From the human T2T-CHM13v2.0 reference genome, Homo sapiens: a DNA stretch of 64,000 nt. The notes under the pieces are model-generated. The model saw only the letters and a program-made list of their open reading frames with translations. It did not search any database and was not told the origin of the DNA. Shown piece by piece: positions 30,595-44,632 of this stretch (within the stretch, counting starts at the first letter, position 1; each line of letters opens with the position of its first letter). The DNA lies in NCBI RefSeq assembly GCF_009914755.1, contig NC_060930.1, one strand, 5' to 3'. The position numbers were made by a program, and so were the translations under genes.

Positions 30595-30722
30595 AGTTCA
30601 ATCAAGAAACATTTATTATTATTTACCCTATGCCAAACAGAGAGCTGAGGGTGAGAAGATATAAAGATGAGGAAACAAAAGCTCCTGTTCTCAAGAAGCC
30701 CACAATCCAACAAAGACATAAG
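30595..30722 (-). mobile_element. L2 3' fragment
   Basis: ttcaatcaagaaacatttatt...cctatgcca...ctcctgttctcaagaagcccacaatc. Confidence 0.55.
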
Positions 30723-30727
30723 ACAAG

Positions 30728-31089
30728 TGTATTAGTTCGTTTTCATGCTGCTGATAAAGACATACTCAAGACTGGGTAATTTATAAAGAAAAATAGGTTT
30801 AATGGACTCACAGTTTCACGTGGCTGGGAAGGCTTCACAATCACGGTGGAAGGTAAAAGACACGTCTTACATTGGCGGCAGGCAAGAGAGAGAATGAAAA
30901 CCAAGCGAAAGAGGTTTCCTCTTATAAAATCATCAGCTCTCATGAGACTTATTTACTACTATGAGAACAGTATGGGGGAAACCACCCCCATGATTCAATT
31001 ATCTCCCACTTTCCTCCTACAACATGTACGAATTAGGGGAGCTACAATTCAAGATGAGATTTGGGTGGAGACACAGCAAAACCATATCA
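30728..31089 (-). mobile_element. THE1B solo LTR
   Basis: tgtattagt...accatatca; 5-bp TSD acaag at 30723-30727 and 31090-31094. Confidence 0.92.
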
Positions 31090-31429
31090 ACAAGCATATC
31101 GATTGTGGTATTTCAAATCTAATAACCAGAGCCCTGATTAAGGCACACGATGAGACATCAGAGCCAGCTGGGAAATTACAGCAGATTTCAGCGAGGACAG
31201 GGAAAGCAACTTTGAAGGATACACTAGACTCATGTATGTATAGATTGAGATAGGAAAGTAAACAAAATGCCTTAGAAATGGCTGAGAGTAAAAAGTTGGA
31301 GCCTGCCCAGATGGCAGCAAGCAAAGGAGGTGAGAAGACTAAAAGGCACAACTAAAACAAAGACGTTTTGGAAAGTTGAGTCAATGGAAGTACTATTTCC
31401 TTTGTAGATCTTTAAGCAGCAATATTTTT

Positions 31430-32800
31430 GTTTGTATATATACATACAAATAAATTTATATATTTACTTATATTACATATAAATATATTTAGAATATATA
31501 AAGAATATATATTCTTAGAATGTCTTAGAAATATATATTCTTAGAAAGAAATATATATTCTTACAATATATATTTATATACATTAAAAATAAATTTATAT
31601 ATTTATTTATATTACATATAAATTATTACATACTACATTATAAAAAATTACATTTTTATAAATAAAAAATTTATAATTTTATATTTATAAAATTATTAAA
31701 AATTTTATAATTTTATAATATTTATATTACATATAAATATATATTTAGAATATATAAAGACTATATATTCTTAGAATGTCTTAGAAATATATATTCTTAG
31801 AAAGAAATATATATTCTTAGAAAGAAATATATATTCTTACAATATATATTTATATTCTTAGAAATATATATTCTTACAATATATATTTATATTCTTAGAA
31901 ATATATATTCTTACAATATATATTTATATTCTTAGAAATATATATTCTTACAATATATATTTATATTCTTAGAAATATATATTCTTACAATATATATTTA
32001 TATTCTTAGAAATATATATTCTTACAATATATATTTATATTCTTAGAAATATATATTCTTACAATATATATTTATATTCTTAGAAATATATATTCTTACA
32101 ATATATATTTATATTCTTAGAAATATATATTCTTACAATATATATTTATATTCTTAGAAAGAAATACATATTTATATTCTTAGAAAGAAATACTATTTAT
32201 ATTCTTAGAAAGAAATACGTATTTATATTCTTAGAAAGAAATACGTATTTATATTCTTAGAAAGAATATATATTTATATTCTTAGAAACAATATATATTT
32301 ATATTCTTAGAAACAATATATATTTATATTCTTAGAAAGAATATATATATATTCTTAGAAAGAATATATATATATTTTCTTAGAAAGAATATATATTTAT
32401 ATTCTTAGAAAGTATATTTATATTCTTAGAAAGTATATTTATATTCTTAAAGTATATTTATATTCTTAGAAAGAATATATGTTTATATTCTTAGAAAGAA
32501 TATATATTTATATTCTTAGAAAGAATATATATTTATATTCTTAGAAAGAATATATATTTATATTCTTAGAAAGAATATAAAAGAAAGAATATATATTCTT
32601 TCTAATAATATATACTTATATATTACCTATATATTCTTAGAATATAAAAGAATATATATGGAAATATAGAAAATATATATTCTAAGACCACATATATGTT
32701 ATATGTGATATATATGTTTTATATAGAGAGATATAGAAAATATATGTTATATATAAGATATACATGTTTTATATATGATACATGTTATTTATATATATTA
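31430..32800. repeat. AT-rich compound minisatellite (37-bp array ~31825-32155, ~25-bp array ~32160-32580, TA-rich flanks)
   Basis: Unit ttcttagaaatatatattcttacaatatatatttata, period 37 (31861 to 31898); later unit tttatattcttagaaagaatatata. Confidence 0.93.
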
Positions 32801-35029
32801 TTTTATCTGCTAATCCTCCATGGGTGCTGATATGTTTCCATTACTGATGTTATGAAGAAATTACTATTCACACACACAAATAAATCAGCAATTATGGCAT
32901 TTTCTGCTCAAGCACAGTTGATAATTTACTGAAAAAATTTAAAAATAAAAATTATGAGGATATTGCCTACCATGTTTGGCAACAATCCACAAGACTAACA
33001 CCATTTTATGCTTCAGAGTTTATTGCAAATATAAATGTATTTTTAGGCAAGAAACGATTTGAGAAACCACAGTATTCCCTAGCTCATCCTGGAAATGGTA
33101 ATTAGCACATCAGTAAATCACTTGTAGAATTTTATTTCCATGAACAAGAAAATAATGTTATCTCACTCAGTGCAGCAGGCTGATGTGAGTTATGACTTTC
33201 AGAAAAATGAAGCCTTATGATTAGCCACCAAAGGTGCAAATTTATGAAGATGATGTTGCTAGTACAGCAACATATTATTCTGAAGCACAGAGTAATGCTC
33301 ACAGAACATTCTAAAGAATTCCCTAGAATAGCTTAAGAGCACAAGTATATCCTGCCCCATTTCCTTCCCCCTGAGATCAGAGTGCTGAACCTTTTTATTA
33401 ATTATCTTTGTTTGGTTTGGTGCTCTTAAATACTCCAAGAAAGTTTCTTTGAATGTATCTATAGCAAGTTGCTTTGTACTATAAATTCATTTTAGTAGTT
33501 ACAATTTTAAGAAGAAAGCTGGTTAAACGCTGATAAAATGATCCAGGCTATTATATAAATAATCGCTACCTGCACAGTATTTACGCATCACTTTAAAGCT
33601 CAATGTAGCTTGTAAATTTTTTAATCTACTTGTTCCTTCATTTTTCAGTGATTACTTTTATTTTTGCATTATTACACAGTTCATAGAAAAAAGATGTGTA
33701 TTTCTTCTGTTTTTCTGCTGAAAATTACTTAAGAGAAAATGTCTTATTAGACTGCTTTGAATTACTCATTTACTAATCTAGAACTCCCTATGTCTAACAA
33801 CATCACGAAAAAGAAATAATAAAATAATAGAATAAAAGCATGGAAATGGGACCTTATAGATAATCTATGGATAATCTAAAGTGGCAGTCTACAAGAATCC
33901 CACCAAAATATCTGTCCTGTGCATCCATAGCTTATTCATGGGGAATTTATCACCAGTGCGTATTTAATCTTCATACACCCATGGCAGTTACTCTTTACAT
34001 CTCCAATGGGTCTTCTCTGTTATTCTGCATTATACCTGTGTAAGATGAAATAAAATAAAGTCTGTTTGTATATTAGATTGCTTACATATTTTCAGAGAAA
34101 GATGGTAGAGTAAAATTGATTTTACCCTAACCTCTCAGCAATCAACTAAAAGCAATATTTAAATAATGAAAACAAAATTAAATAGACAACTTCATTTCTA
34201 ATAAAACAAAGAAGTAGTGACTACCTCATATCACAAATTATGATGATATATGTCAAGTAAAGTAAATTTGGGTCAAATCATGAGATAATGCAGAAAGTAA
34301 ATATAGATTTTAGGCAACAGCCTGAATTCTTCAAAACTGATGGAATTTTTTTAAGAACCCAACAAAAGGTTGTTATGTAGAAAAGCAGAGCCTGGAAGAG
34401 GATTTGAGTTATGACAGCAACCTTTGCCCATTTCATACTTGAGAGGGGAAAGAGAAATAGGGCTTATGAACAATCACCAAAAGGCATCATAATAAAAGTA
34501 ACAAGGATAAACTATATAATAAAAACCAAAGAATACCTAAGCAACGTTTCTGAAAAAGAATGAGAATCTATTGTCTATCAGAGTTTCTTAGAATAACATG
34601 TTGGAATAAGTGGATATTTGCTGAAGAAAGTTTGAGTTCTAATAACATCTCTACACCTCTAATTTCTCAGATAAATAGCAATATATTTGAAATATTCAAT
34701 TTTTAACAAAATTTCTGACTGGTCATATCTTAAAGTATTATCATTTCAAATCCAATTTATTTCTAAATACTCTCTTTTTGTCAAAAAAAAGACAAAAGGG
34801 ACCCAGATTCTTCTTATGAACTAATGAAGAAGCAGAAAGAAATACTTAAATATAATAATGTCATGGTTATAAATGTCTTTAAAAATAAATAAGGTTCTAT
34901 AAAATTCAACTAGTTAGATTACATTTCTATTTCTGAAACATCAAAATAAAGGCAGGAGTTTTCCTCGTTTCCTAAAAAAGTCACCGTCAAGTAGCAAAAA
35001 TAAGAACCAGAAGCAATTATAATTGTAAA

Positions 35030-35170
35030 AATGATAAATTCATTAAACAAATATTTATTACGTCGCTATATGGTACACATTTTGTTTGAAGTACCCTGAC
35101 ATAAGTACAAAGACAAGTAAACTAAACATAATTTTTGTTCACGTGGAATTTACAGTCTACTGAGAGATTT
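35030..35170 (-). mobile_element. L2 3' fragment
   Basis: attcattaaacaaatatttatt...gtggaatttacagtctactgagag. Confidence 0.5.
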
Positions 35171-37439
35171 AAATGTACTAATATGTTCTACTGCTTTATC
35201 TTTAAATAATGAGAGAATTTGAGAAATGAGAAGAAATAACTAATTATGATAGGTGAAAATTAGTTAATGTTACTTCTAGTTTGATTGTGACAAAATAAAT
35301 ACATGTGACAATGTTGATTTGGAGATGATTAAAATATAAACTAACATTTTTCCTAATTATTGTCACTTTCTTATTATGTGGAATGAATATTTTCCAGTCT
35401 AATTAACAAAATATGCTTTGTGTCACATATAAAACAAAAAAATGTATTGTTGTGATGCCAGTTCCTTTCAATAAAAAATATTTGGCACTATAAATATATA
35501 ATAACAAAATGTATAAGTATTAAAGAAAATTGTTAAAATTTATTATTTTATTCTAAATTACATATATGGGAAAATATATTTATCACAAAATAGCTATTAT
35601 GAGCCTACTATGCATAAAATCTCAATGTACTATTATATATTTTATGTCCAGGATTTTTACTTTTAAATAATCTCTATCAATTAAGAGAAAAAAGCAGTCT
35701 GCTTATTACTTAATAAAAAGTGAGATACTTTACTGTAACAACTCGTATAGTGATAAATATATTTAAAAGTGGATGAAATGCTATAGGAATCCAAGTCATA
35801 AAATTAAATTTATAGTTATAAAAGGTGAGATAGAAGGCAGGTGTTCTCCTTATCCTCTCCGCAAATCATTCTATGGCAAAACCCAGAAGCAGAAGCACAA
35901 ACTCCAAGCCTTTGGATTTCAGAAAAAGTTTACAGAGCACCTTTCTTGAAAATAAGTGGTATATGCAATTCTACATGCCATATTTATCTTGGAGGAAGAC
36001 ATACATCTCTTCAAGGAGCATTCTACTGGTGAAACTCAAAAAGGAAAAAGGCTGCATTGAGAGACATAACACTCTGTATTCAGATGTAAAACTCCAATTA
36101 TTCTGGTTAGCCTCTCATATAGCTCCGGCCCCATTCCAGTCCTGTGAATCACTTAAAAATGGCTGATCTAGGGGAAACTCATGTTACCAAATCCAAGTGA
36201 AATTTTTTAAATGACCATTGTATGCGTATCCAAGGATATTTAAAGAAAAAAAAGTTGAACACAGAGAAGAGAACACGGAAAAACAAACAGTAAATTAGGA
36301 GTATTCACTAGAAAAATATTGCCACAAAAACAGATAAAAAGACTGATTAACTGTATTGCCACTAATGAACAGTATTAATGAAGAAATCTTCTATATAGAT
36401 CAAGAGCACAATGTCACAATACAAGAGTTTAGAAATAACAAGTCAAGACCTAAGATGTGATCAGCTTTGTTTACTCTTCTACATTTCTTGAGAAGAAAGT
36501 ACCCTATTCGTATTAGGGTGTTAATTTCAAAAATATCTGTGAAATCTACTGTATTGTTTATATTATACAGGTCTAGATCTTTATTATTTTTTATATACTT
36601 GACTTGACTTGAACTGAGAGTGATATATTTGAATATTTTACCATTCCAGTTTATCTGTAAATTTTATTTTGCATCTCATGTAGTTCCTGCCTTATGATGG
36701 ATATTTGTTATAGTATTTGGTATGCAGGTATTTAAAACTTCTATATCTTCATGGTAAATTGTAAACCTTCACATCATGAGTGTCCTACCTACCTACTTTT
36801 CAAGTTGAATTTTTCACTTTAGTACTCCTTAACCCTATGTGTCTGCCATACCAAATATCTTACAGTTTCATTAATGAGTCATTCATTGTATCTCTCTCTG
36901 TCTCAGTGGAACACGCTACCCCAATTAATTAGTTTACCTGGCACTTCAACAAGACTTCTCTGAAGGTTATGCTCTTTCCTTTTACTCACTAGACCATATA
37001 AATATCTCTGTTATAGTATTAAAAATATAAGGCTAACTATTATTTTCCATTTATGTCCTCTTCTAGACTATAAACTTTTTAAAAATAATTGCTTTGTGGA
37101 TTTATCTCTGTGCCCTCAGGGCCTGCAGTGTAGCCAACACTCAATGGGTGTTTATGATTTTAGGCAGTGTGATGAGATTAAAGCTATATTCCAGGCATCA
37201 GTTAAGGTTATAAGAAAAAATATTTAGTTCTATGCAGAACAGCATTCAAGGTAAAGCTCTGGGCAAAATGTCATAGCCACAGCCAGATAGGCTGGACGGA
37301 TGAAGAGAAAAGAAAAACATATGACCTGGCACAATTTTTGGTGAAAAAAAAGTAGAGTTTAAGAGGAAAGATGGCTCACATAAATGTGGCATATAAATAC
37401 ACAGAAGGCCACCTCAGATACTGGAATCTGGACAAGTAT

Positions 37440-38033
37440 AGCAGGCAGAGTTCTGAGAAGATACTAAGACCCTTGGTTCCTGATATATACATGCCTTCCT
37501 CTAATTATTCAAACCAAATCTATGTGCTTCTGTGAAGGAATTTTGCAGTGTAGTTAGATCCTAGATCAGCTGACTTTAATAAAGTTGAGGCAGTGAGTCT
37601 GATCTATTTACGTGAGCCATTAAAGGGGAGGAGGCTCTTCTTAACCAAAGAAATTTAAAGTATGAGAGGGACTCAATAAGAGCAACTGTTTATTGCTGGC
37701 TTCAAAGGTGGAGGGAAACATGCCAAAAGATTGAAAGTGGCCTCTTCCAGCTGAGATAAGCTTTGACTGACAACCAGCAAGAGAGCCAGCATTAGTCCTA
37801 AAACCACAAGAACTGAATTCTCCAGCATGAATGCGCTTGAAATAGGACCCTAGGCTCCAGATATAAACACATCCAGCTGAAACCTTGATCTGGTATGTTC
37901 TTGACACATGGGTTATATTATGCTTAAAGTTCTCACCTACAGAACTGTCAGCTATTAAGTGGCAGACTTAAGGTAACTTAAACTTAAGGTATTAAGTTTG
38001 TGGTAATACATTGTGTAGCAATGGAAAACTAAT
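37440..38033 (+). mobile_element. MLT1E-like MaLR LTR
   Basis: gtgaaggaattttgcag...tcagctgacttt...ctgacaaccagcaag...acctacagaactgt...tagcaatggaaaactaata. Confidence 0.7.
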
Positions 38034-38304
38034 ATGATAAGTAACTAATTGTATGCCCCAACCCCTTACTAATGAATGTAGTCAGAATTGTGTCAAAAGC
38101 CATGGGTGGGACTTAGCATCTAGCTTGAAAATCTTTGCCATATACTTCTAGACCACATTTAGGAGGGCAAGAGTGACGTTAGCAAGCCTTCTAGAGACTG
38201 GGTTCACCTCTCTGAAACTCAGTCCCCACAGTGGAATATAACTTTCTACTGCGGGAATGCTTGCTGCCTCCTGTGACCTGCAACCAGAAAGCAATCTACT
38301 CAGA

Positions 38305-38510
38305 TGGCTTTCAGATCCTACTCTACCATTTAATTGTTGAATTACCTTGGACAATATATTGAACTTAACTAAGCCTCTGTTTCCTCATCTATAAAATGGG
38401 GATTGGAGTAACCATTTTATAAGTTTATCGTGAGGATCAAATGAGATAACATCCTTAAGCTTTTAGCACATTTTTGAGAATATAGTAAACACTCATACAT
38501 ATTAGTATTA
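38305..38510 (+). mobile_element. MIR
   Basis: aagcctctgtttcctcatctataaaatgggg...gtgaggatcaaatgagataac core. Confidence 0.8.
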
Positions 38511-39403
38511 ATTCACTATCTCAGACAAATTTCTTTCCTTCTCTAATGTTCTTCCCTGGCCTAAAAAAACCACATATGCATGTATAACGGGTATAACGGC
38601 CAAGAATAAATACCCATATGTTCAGGATATAATACACAAAATGTTGTAAATAATGTCTCTTTGTAAATGTTAGAATATACATGCAAATAAAGACTTATCT
38701 GACTTCAACAGCAGGTGGATTTACATAAGCAACACACAGTTAAATAGCTGGGACCATGTCCATTTTACCAATACATTTTATAATATGCTGTCTACATTTT
38801 AATTGTAACACCTGCTCCTGATTCTGAAAGAAAAAAAGTTTATTTATCCTTTAAGTAGGTTAGGTGAATAAATATTGCCATGTTTTAACCCATCATATAT
38901 TATATAATTATTTCTTATTCCTAGCAAAATATTTTCATTTTGAGTTCCAATAGTAAAAATTATCTCAAAAATTCTATCAAGCACTCTATGGATTCATGGT
39001 TAGTCTGTCTGAAGATATTAAAATGAAAAATCACTGCCCTGACTTGAAACTTAGGAGATACCAGAGTAAGAGAGACTGAATATAAAGCTACTGTAATAAA
39101 TACTAACAGGAATAAGGAGGTGAAATAAGGAAATGTGAGCTGAAAGGAAAGGGAGATACTGATGTGGAAAGGAGATACTATTGCTGATATAAAACAAAAG
39201 CATCTGGAAACTGACCAGTTGTGGAGAATGAAGAAGAATGAAGAGAGAAAATGTTTCTTTTTCATTTCTTAGTTCATAAACAATGAGTAAGCAAACCCTG
39301 TCAAGCCTATGTCCACAATTCTGAAATCAGAGATATAAAAAAAAAAATCACATTCCTTTTAAGTTAGACAAACCTGAGTTTGAGTCTCAGTTCTACCATT
39401 TAT

Positions 39404-39767
<364 letters not shown>

Positions 39768-41574
39768 TGATCTTGTTGATGGTAAAATAGTGATGGTAAA
39801 TGTCTTTGCTTATCTGTATCACTCAACTCTCTTGAAACTCAAACGAATGTGTGCAAAAGTCTCCTTAAGTTTTCTAAGATGATGATGTCATTGACTATGG
39901 TAGCTATCAGAGGTAGCAAAGCAGATTTCTGTCAGGCTCTGAGGAAGATAGGGAGTTCAGACTATGGCATGTTATAGATGAGAAAGCAGCAGGATATGCA
40001 AGTGTAAATTTCAAAATAGATATATGGAGATATCTCTGGAACTTAGGAAAACAGTGAGGGCTAAACAAAAATAAACAAAAATACAAAAACAAAATTGATT
40101 TAAGAATCATCTCTGTAGTACTGATGGTTGAAACTGTGGGAGTATATCAGATGGTCAAAGAAGTTTAAAGATTTTACCATAGTATGAAAGAAGAGAATAG
40201 TCACAACTACAGAGTTAAGCTGTGCATACAAAAGATGATTAGGATGCATTCTTTGCCTTTAAGGAGCTTATATTTTAAAGGCAGAATCACACCTGAGTAC
40301 ATAAAATTTTAATTCAATACAGGTACTAATAGAGTATAGAAGCCTCATTTCTGAAGTTCCTTAAAGGCAAGAGAGGTCATCAGGAAAGCTACATGTCTGA
40401 TGCTTGGGAAACTGAGGAGATTTGAATGAAATGAAAATGAAAAGAATATTGCGTTTCATACTTTGTTGACTCAAGTGGATTTTCGTCTTATTTGGTTTAA
40501 ATTAGTAAAATGTTTCTGATATTTGCCAATCAATTCTCTCTCTGACAGGCAGCCACACAAAAAAGTGATCTTTTCTTTGTGTCCAAAAATATAAATCTGG
40601 CTCCGGATTTGTATCTTGGCCCCTTGCATTTGTTTAAACAGAATACTTTAATGACTGTCTTCCAACACCAAGCTCATAATTTGAGTTCACCATTCCATGA
40701 CCATATTCTTTCATCTAACCTGTTAGAAGGGTAGGCCTTGTGGGTACAGCCATGAACTGCAAAATCTAGATAGAAAGGAAAATAAATACGACAGGAAGAT
40801 TTTTGAACACTTGACCCTCTAACATGGCACTTTATAATATAGAGAGTAGTATTTACTTTTTAAAACAAATCATTCAAACCTTCTTTATAGTATGCATTCC
40901 ACAACAATGTCTGTGAATTTCTATTTTGCTGTGCCCTCTACTATATGAAGAAACATCATTGTTGAAACTGTTGCTGATTTCTTAAAGAACACATTAAATA
41001 CTAGAATTCTATTATGTCTTTAACACGTTTATTAATTATTGAGTTCAAATATATTTTCATATATTTATTTAAATTTTCTCTTTTGTCATTATCTACTTGC
41101 ATCCTTTGATGATACCTCAAATTATTAGGTATTATTTTACCTCTGACCCTCTCTCATCTATCTCCTTGCCTCCCTCTTTTTCTCTCTCTCTCTCTCTTTC
41201 TATCCTTTCTCTTCATATTCTTTTCTTATACTTTCCTTTAAACATTGGTTTCATAATAATAATCAAAAAACATAACTACAGTAGTAGTAGTAGAGTGAAA
41301 ACATATACCACAAACAGGAAAATTTAGAAACTTTCTTCCCCCAAGCTAACCTTTCAGAAGTCACACACAGATTTGCCAAGCCCCAAGAATGGATTACTCA
41401 CCCCTATTAAAGATTACTTTTGAAGAATACTCATTCTGGGAAACCATAAAACAATGAATAATGACTCAGAACTATAATTCTATTTGTGCAGATGACTCAA
41501 CTGGCTTATTGAAATTTTCTTACTTCCTGGACTCTTTTATATAAAGAGCTGAGTATTTTAGAATCCCAGACTAC

Positions 41575-41672
41575 TATATATGTGTGTGTGCTTGTATATA
41601 TATATATATATATATATATATACAAGCACACACACAAATGCAAGATATATATATATATACATATATATATAT
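41575..41672. repeat. (TA)n/(TG)n/(CA)n microsatellite cluster
   Basis: Seen directly. Confidence 0.85.
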
Positions 41673-42575
41673 GCCAGGAATCAAGATTCTAAAGGAAATG
41701 GTAGAAGGGAGAACATGCAGAAAATGACAGAGGAAGCAGTTATTAAATTTTCCACCAATAATTCCCAGAAAGTGGTATGCAAATCCTCAGGTCTTGTCTC
41801 CAAAAAAACTTAATCCTAACCCTGAAATCTGTGTTCAACATGTCCTCCAGAAGATGTTGATGCTTGCTCAAGTATAAGGGCTGTCGGTTTTGAGGACCAT
41901 GTGATGACATGCCTACCCTGCCACCAAAATATTATTTACAGGTTACTCCAGTTTTGTCTTGGATCCCTTCACATTGCAGTTAGTTCATGCTCACCACTGT
42001 GACTATGACACCTTCCGAGGGTGGGAATACAACTAAACAAGATTTTCAAAACAACACTTCTGCTGGAAACTCAACTAAGTTTTAAGATTCACATTGGGCT
42101 TCCTGAGTCTGATCAGGCATTGGAACTTTAAAAGAAGGGAAGGACTTTTTTTTCTTACCTCCACATCATTATCCACAGTCCCTCCCAGACAGATTCTCAG
42201 AGACCATTCACTCATGCATTCATTTGTGTGTTCATTCATGCTTGTGCTTTGTGCCTGGGCACACGCCTGCCACTGGGATACAGAAGTTAACCAACAGATA
42301 TGGGCCACGACTGCACAGAAGTTAGATAAATGTCTTTTAAAATGTCTTAAAAAGATGATTGATGTGCATTATAAAGTCCCATGGTATTTAATTTTAAACT
42401 CTGATTACAAAAGTATAGGAAACTATGAAAGAAAGAGGATATAATTTAAAATTCATAAAAAATTTTCCCAAAGAAATGACAATATAGGAAAATATCAAGG
42501 TCTTCCTTGTCCAAATGTTTGTCCATCCCCTCAGGGAATAATAGGACACTCAGCTGGGAAAATTGCGTGTGGTAG

Positions 42576-43283
42576 TGAAAGGAGGGGCCAGCTGGGCTTC
42601 CTGGGTCGAGTAAGGGCTCAGAAATCTGTGAAACTCATTCATTTCCTGCATCAGGACTTACTTCGGTCCTGGATGAATAATATCGAAGATATGTGCTTAA
42701 AATATTCCTAACACCAGGATTTGTGCATGTGTTTTCTTCCCCAAGAGAGCTACAAAGAGCGAAAATTTTGCTGTAAGCTTCCCTGTGTCCTCTCTCCCTC
42801 TCTCCCTTCCTTCTCCCCGAAAACTAAAAGGAATGTTAAAAGCCCATTTTTCTGTGACCAGTGGACCTTATCTATGCTCCTAATTCCAATTCCTTGTAAA
42901 CATCCTTTGTAAAGTCCTGTAAGATCCTGTCTCCTTTGCCATGCTGCTGTTAAGGTCATAAAGTAGATAAAACCTAAGTTGCAATTCCTGTTTTCCTCAA
43001 GATCTAAAACGAGTCACAAATGGTTAATTGTCTTTGTTTCTCGCTCTGGTAACATCTTCCCCCTGCAGGTATTTCCCACCTTAAAGAGTTTAAAAGGAAA
43101 CTGCATAATCTAACCCTTGCTACCTGCTGGGGACCCCTTCCATGCTGTGGAAGCTTTGTACTGTCACTCTGTTCAATAAAGCCTACAGCTTTTTTTCTCT
43201 TGGTCTGTGTCTCCATCACTCACCGCAGGCAGCTGCCACACCAATTCTTTGGCGTGGCTAAGGCAAGAACCTTTGGCGTTACA
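42576..43283 (+). mobile_element. Solo ERV1 LTR, LTR30-like (708 bp)
   Basis: TG...CA termini, 4-bp TSD gtag (42572-42575, 43284-43287), AATAAA at 43175-43180. Family name from memory. Confidence 0.75.
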
Positions 43284-43582
43284 GTAGGAAGAAAAGAAAT
43301 TATTTTCTTCCTCTTCCTTTGAGATAAAATAAATATGTGGGGAAAAGTGCACTACCACAGTATTTATTCTTTTTATCTATCCTGATTACTTTCAGGATTA
43401 TGATGATAAAAAAATGTGCTAGCCCATCAATTTAAAATGAAATACTGAATATGTATTAAATCAACCAACTTACATAAAGGTGAAGATATAGACTGGGTTT
43501 TCAACTGAGTGGTTGTACAGCACTTCTTACCTGCAGATATGATATGCAACCTTATTTTCATCAAATAAGAAGTGGGGCAGGG

Positions 43583-44036
43583 TGTCAGGCCTCTGAGCCC
43601 AAGCCAAGCCACCAGCATCCCCTGTGACTTGCACGTATATCCCCAGATGGCCTGATGTAACTGAAGAATCACAAAAGAAGTGAACATGCCCTGCCCCACC
43701 TTAACTGATGACATTCCACCACAAAAGAAGTGTAAATGGCCGGTCCTTGCCTTAAGTGATGACATTACCTTGTGAAAGTCCTTTTCCTAGCTCATCCTGG
43801 CTCAAAAAGCACCCCCACTGAGCACCTTGCGACCCCCACTCCTGCCCGCCAGAGAACAAACCCCCTTTGACTGTAATTTTCCTTTACCTACCTAAATCCT
43901 ATAAAACGGCCCCACCCTTATCTCCCTTCGCTGACTCTCTTTTCGGACTCAGCCTGCCTGCACCCAGGTGAAATAAACAGCCATGTTGCTCACACAAAGC
44001 CTGTTTGGTGGTCTCTTCACACGGACGCACATGAAA
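43583..44036 (+). promoter_or_regulatory. 5' LTR7 (454 bp)
   Basis: tgtcaggcctctgagccc...catgaaa; TATAAAA at 43900-43906; ACAAAAGA at 43671 and 43721. Confidence 0.95.
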
Positions 44037-44038
44037 TT

Positions 44039-44056
44039 TGGTGCCATGACTCGGAT
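44039..44056 (+). other. Primer-binding site for tRNA-His
   Basis: tggtgccatgactcggat, one G>A away from TGGTGCCGTGACTCGGAT. Confidence 0.9.
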
Positions 44057-44179
44057 CGGGGGACCTCCCTTGGGAGATCAATCCCCTGTACTCCTGTTCT
44101 TTGCTCCATGAGAAAGATCCACCTATGACCTCAGGTCCTCAGATCGACCAGCCCAAGGAACATCTCACCAATTTTAAAT

Positions 44180-44188
44180 CAGGTAAGC
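44180..44188 (+). promoter_or_regulatory. HERV-H major splice donor CAG|GTAAGC
   Basis: Strong donor ~145 nt downstream of the 5' LTR, where the HERV-H leader donor is known to lie. Confidence 0.7.
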
Positions 44189-44632
44189 GGCCTCTTCTTA
44201 CTCTCTTCTCCCACCTCTCTCACTGTCCCTCAACCACTTTCTCCTTTCCACTCTTCAATCTCTCCCTTCTCTTAATTTCAATTCCTTTCATTTTCTGGGA
44301 GAGACAAAGGAGACACGTTTTATCCATGGACCCAAAACTCCGGCGCCGGTCATGGACTGGGAAGGCAGCCTTCCCTTGGTGTTTAATCATTGCAGGGACG
44401 CCTCTCTGATTATACACCCACGTTTCAAGGGTGTCAGACCATGCAGAGACGCCTGCCTTGGTCCTTCACCCTTAGCGGCAAGTCCCGCTTTTCTGGGGAA
44501 GGGGCAAGTACCTCAACCCCTTCTCTCCTTGTCTCTACCCCTTCTCTGCTTTTCTGGGAGAGGGGCAAGTACCCCTCAACCCCTTCTCCTTCACCCTTAG
44601 CGGCAAGTCCCACTTTTCTACAGGGCAAGAAC

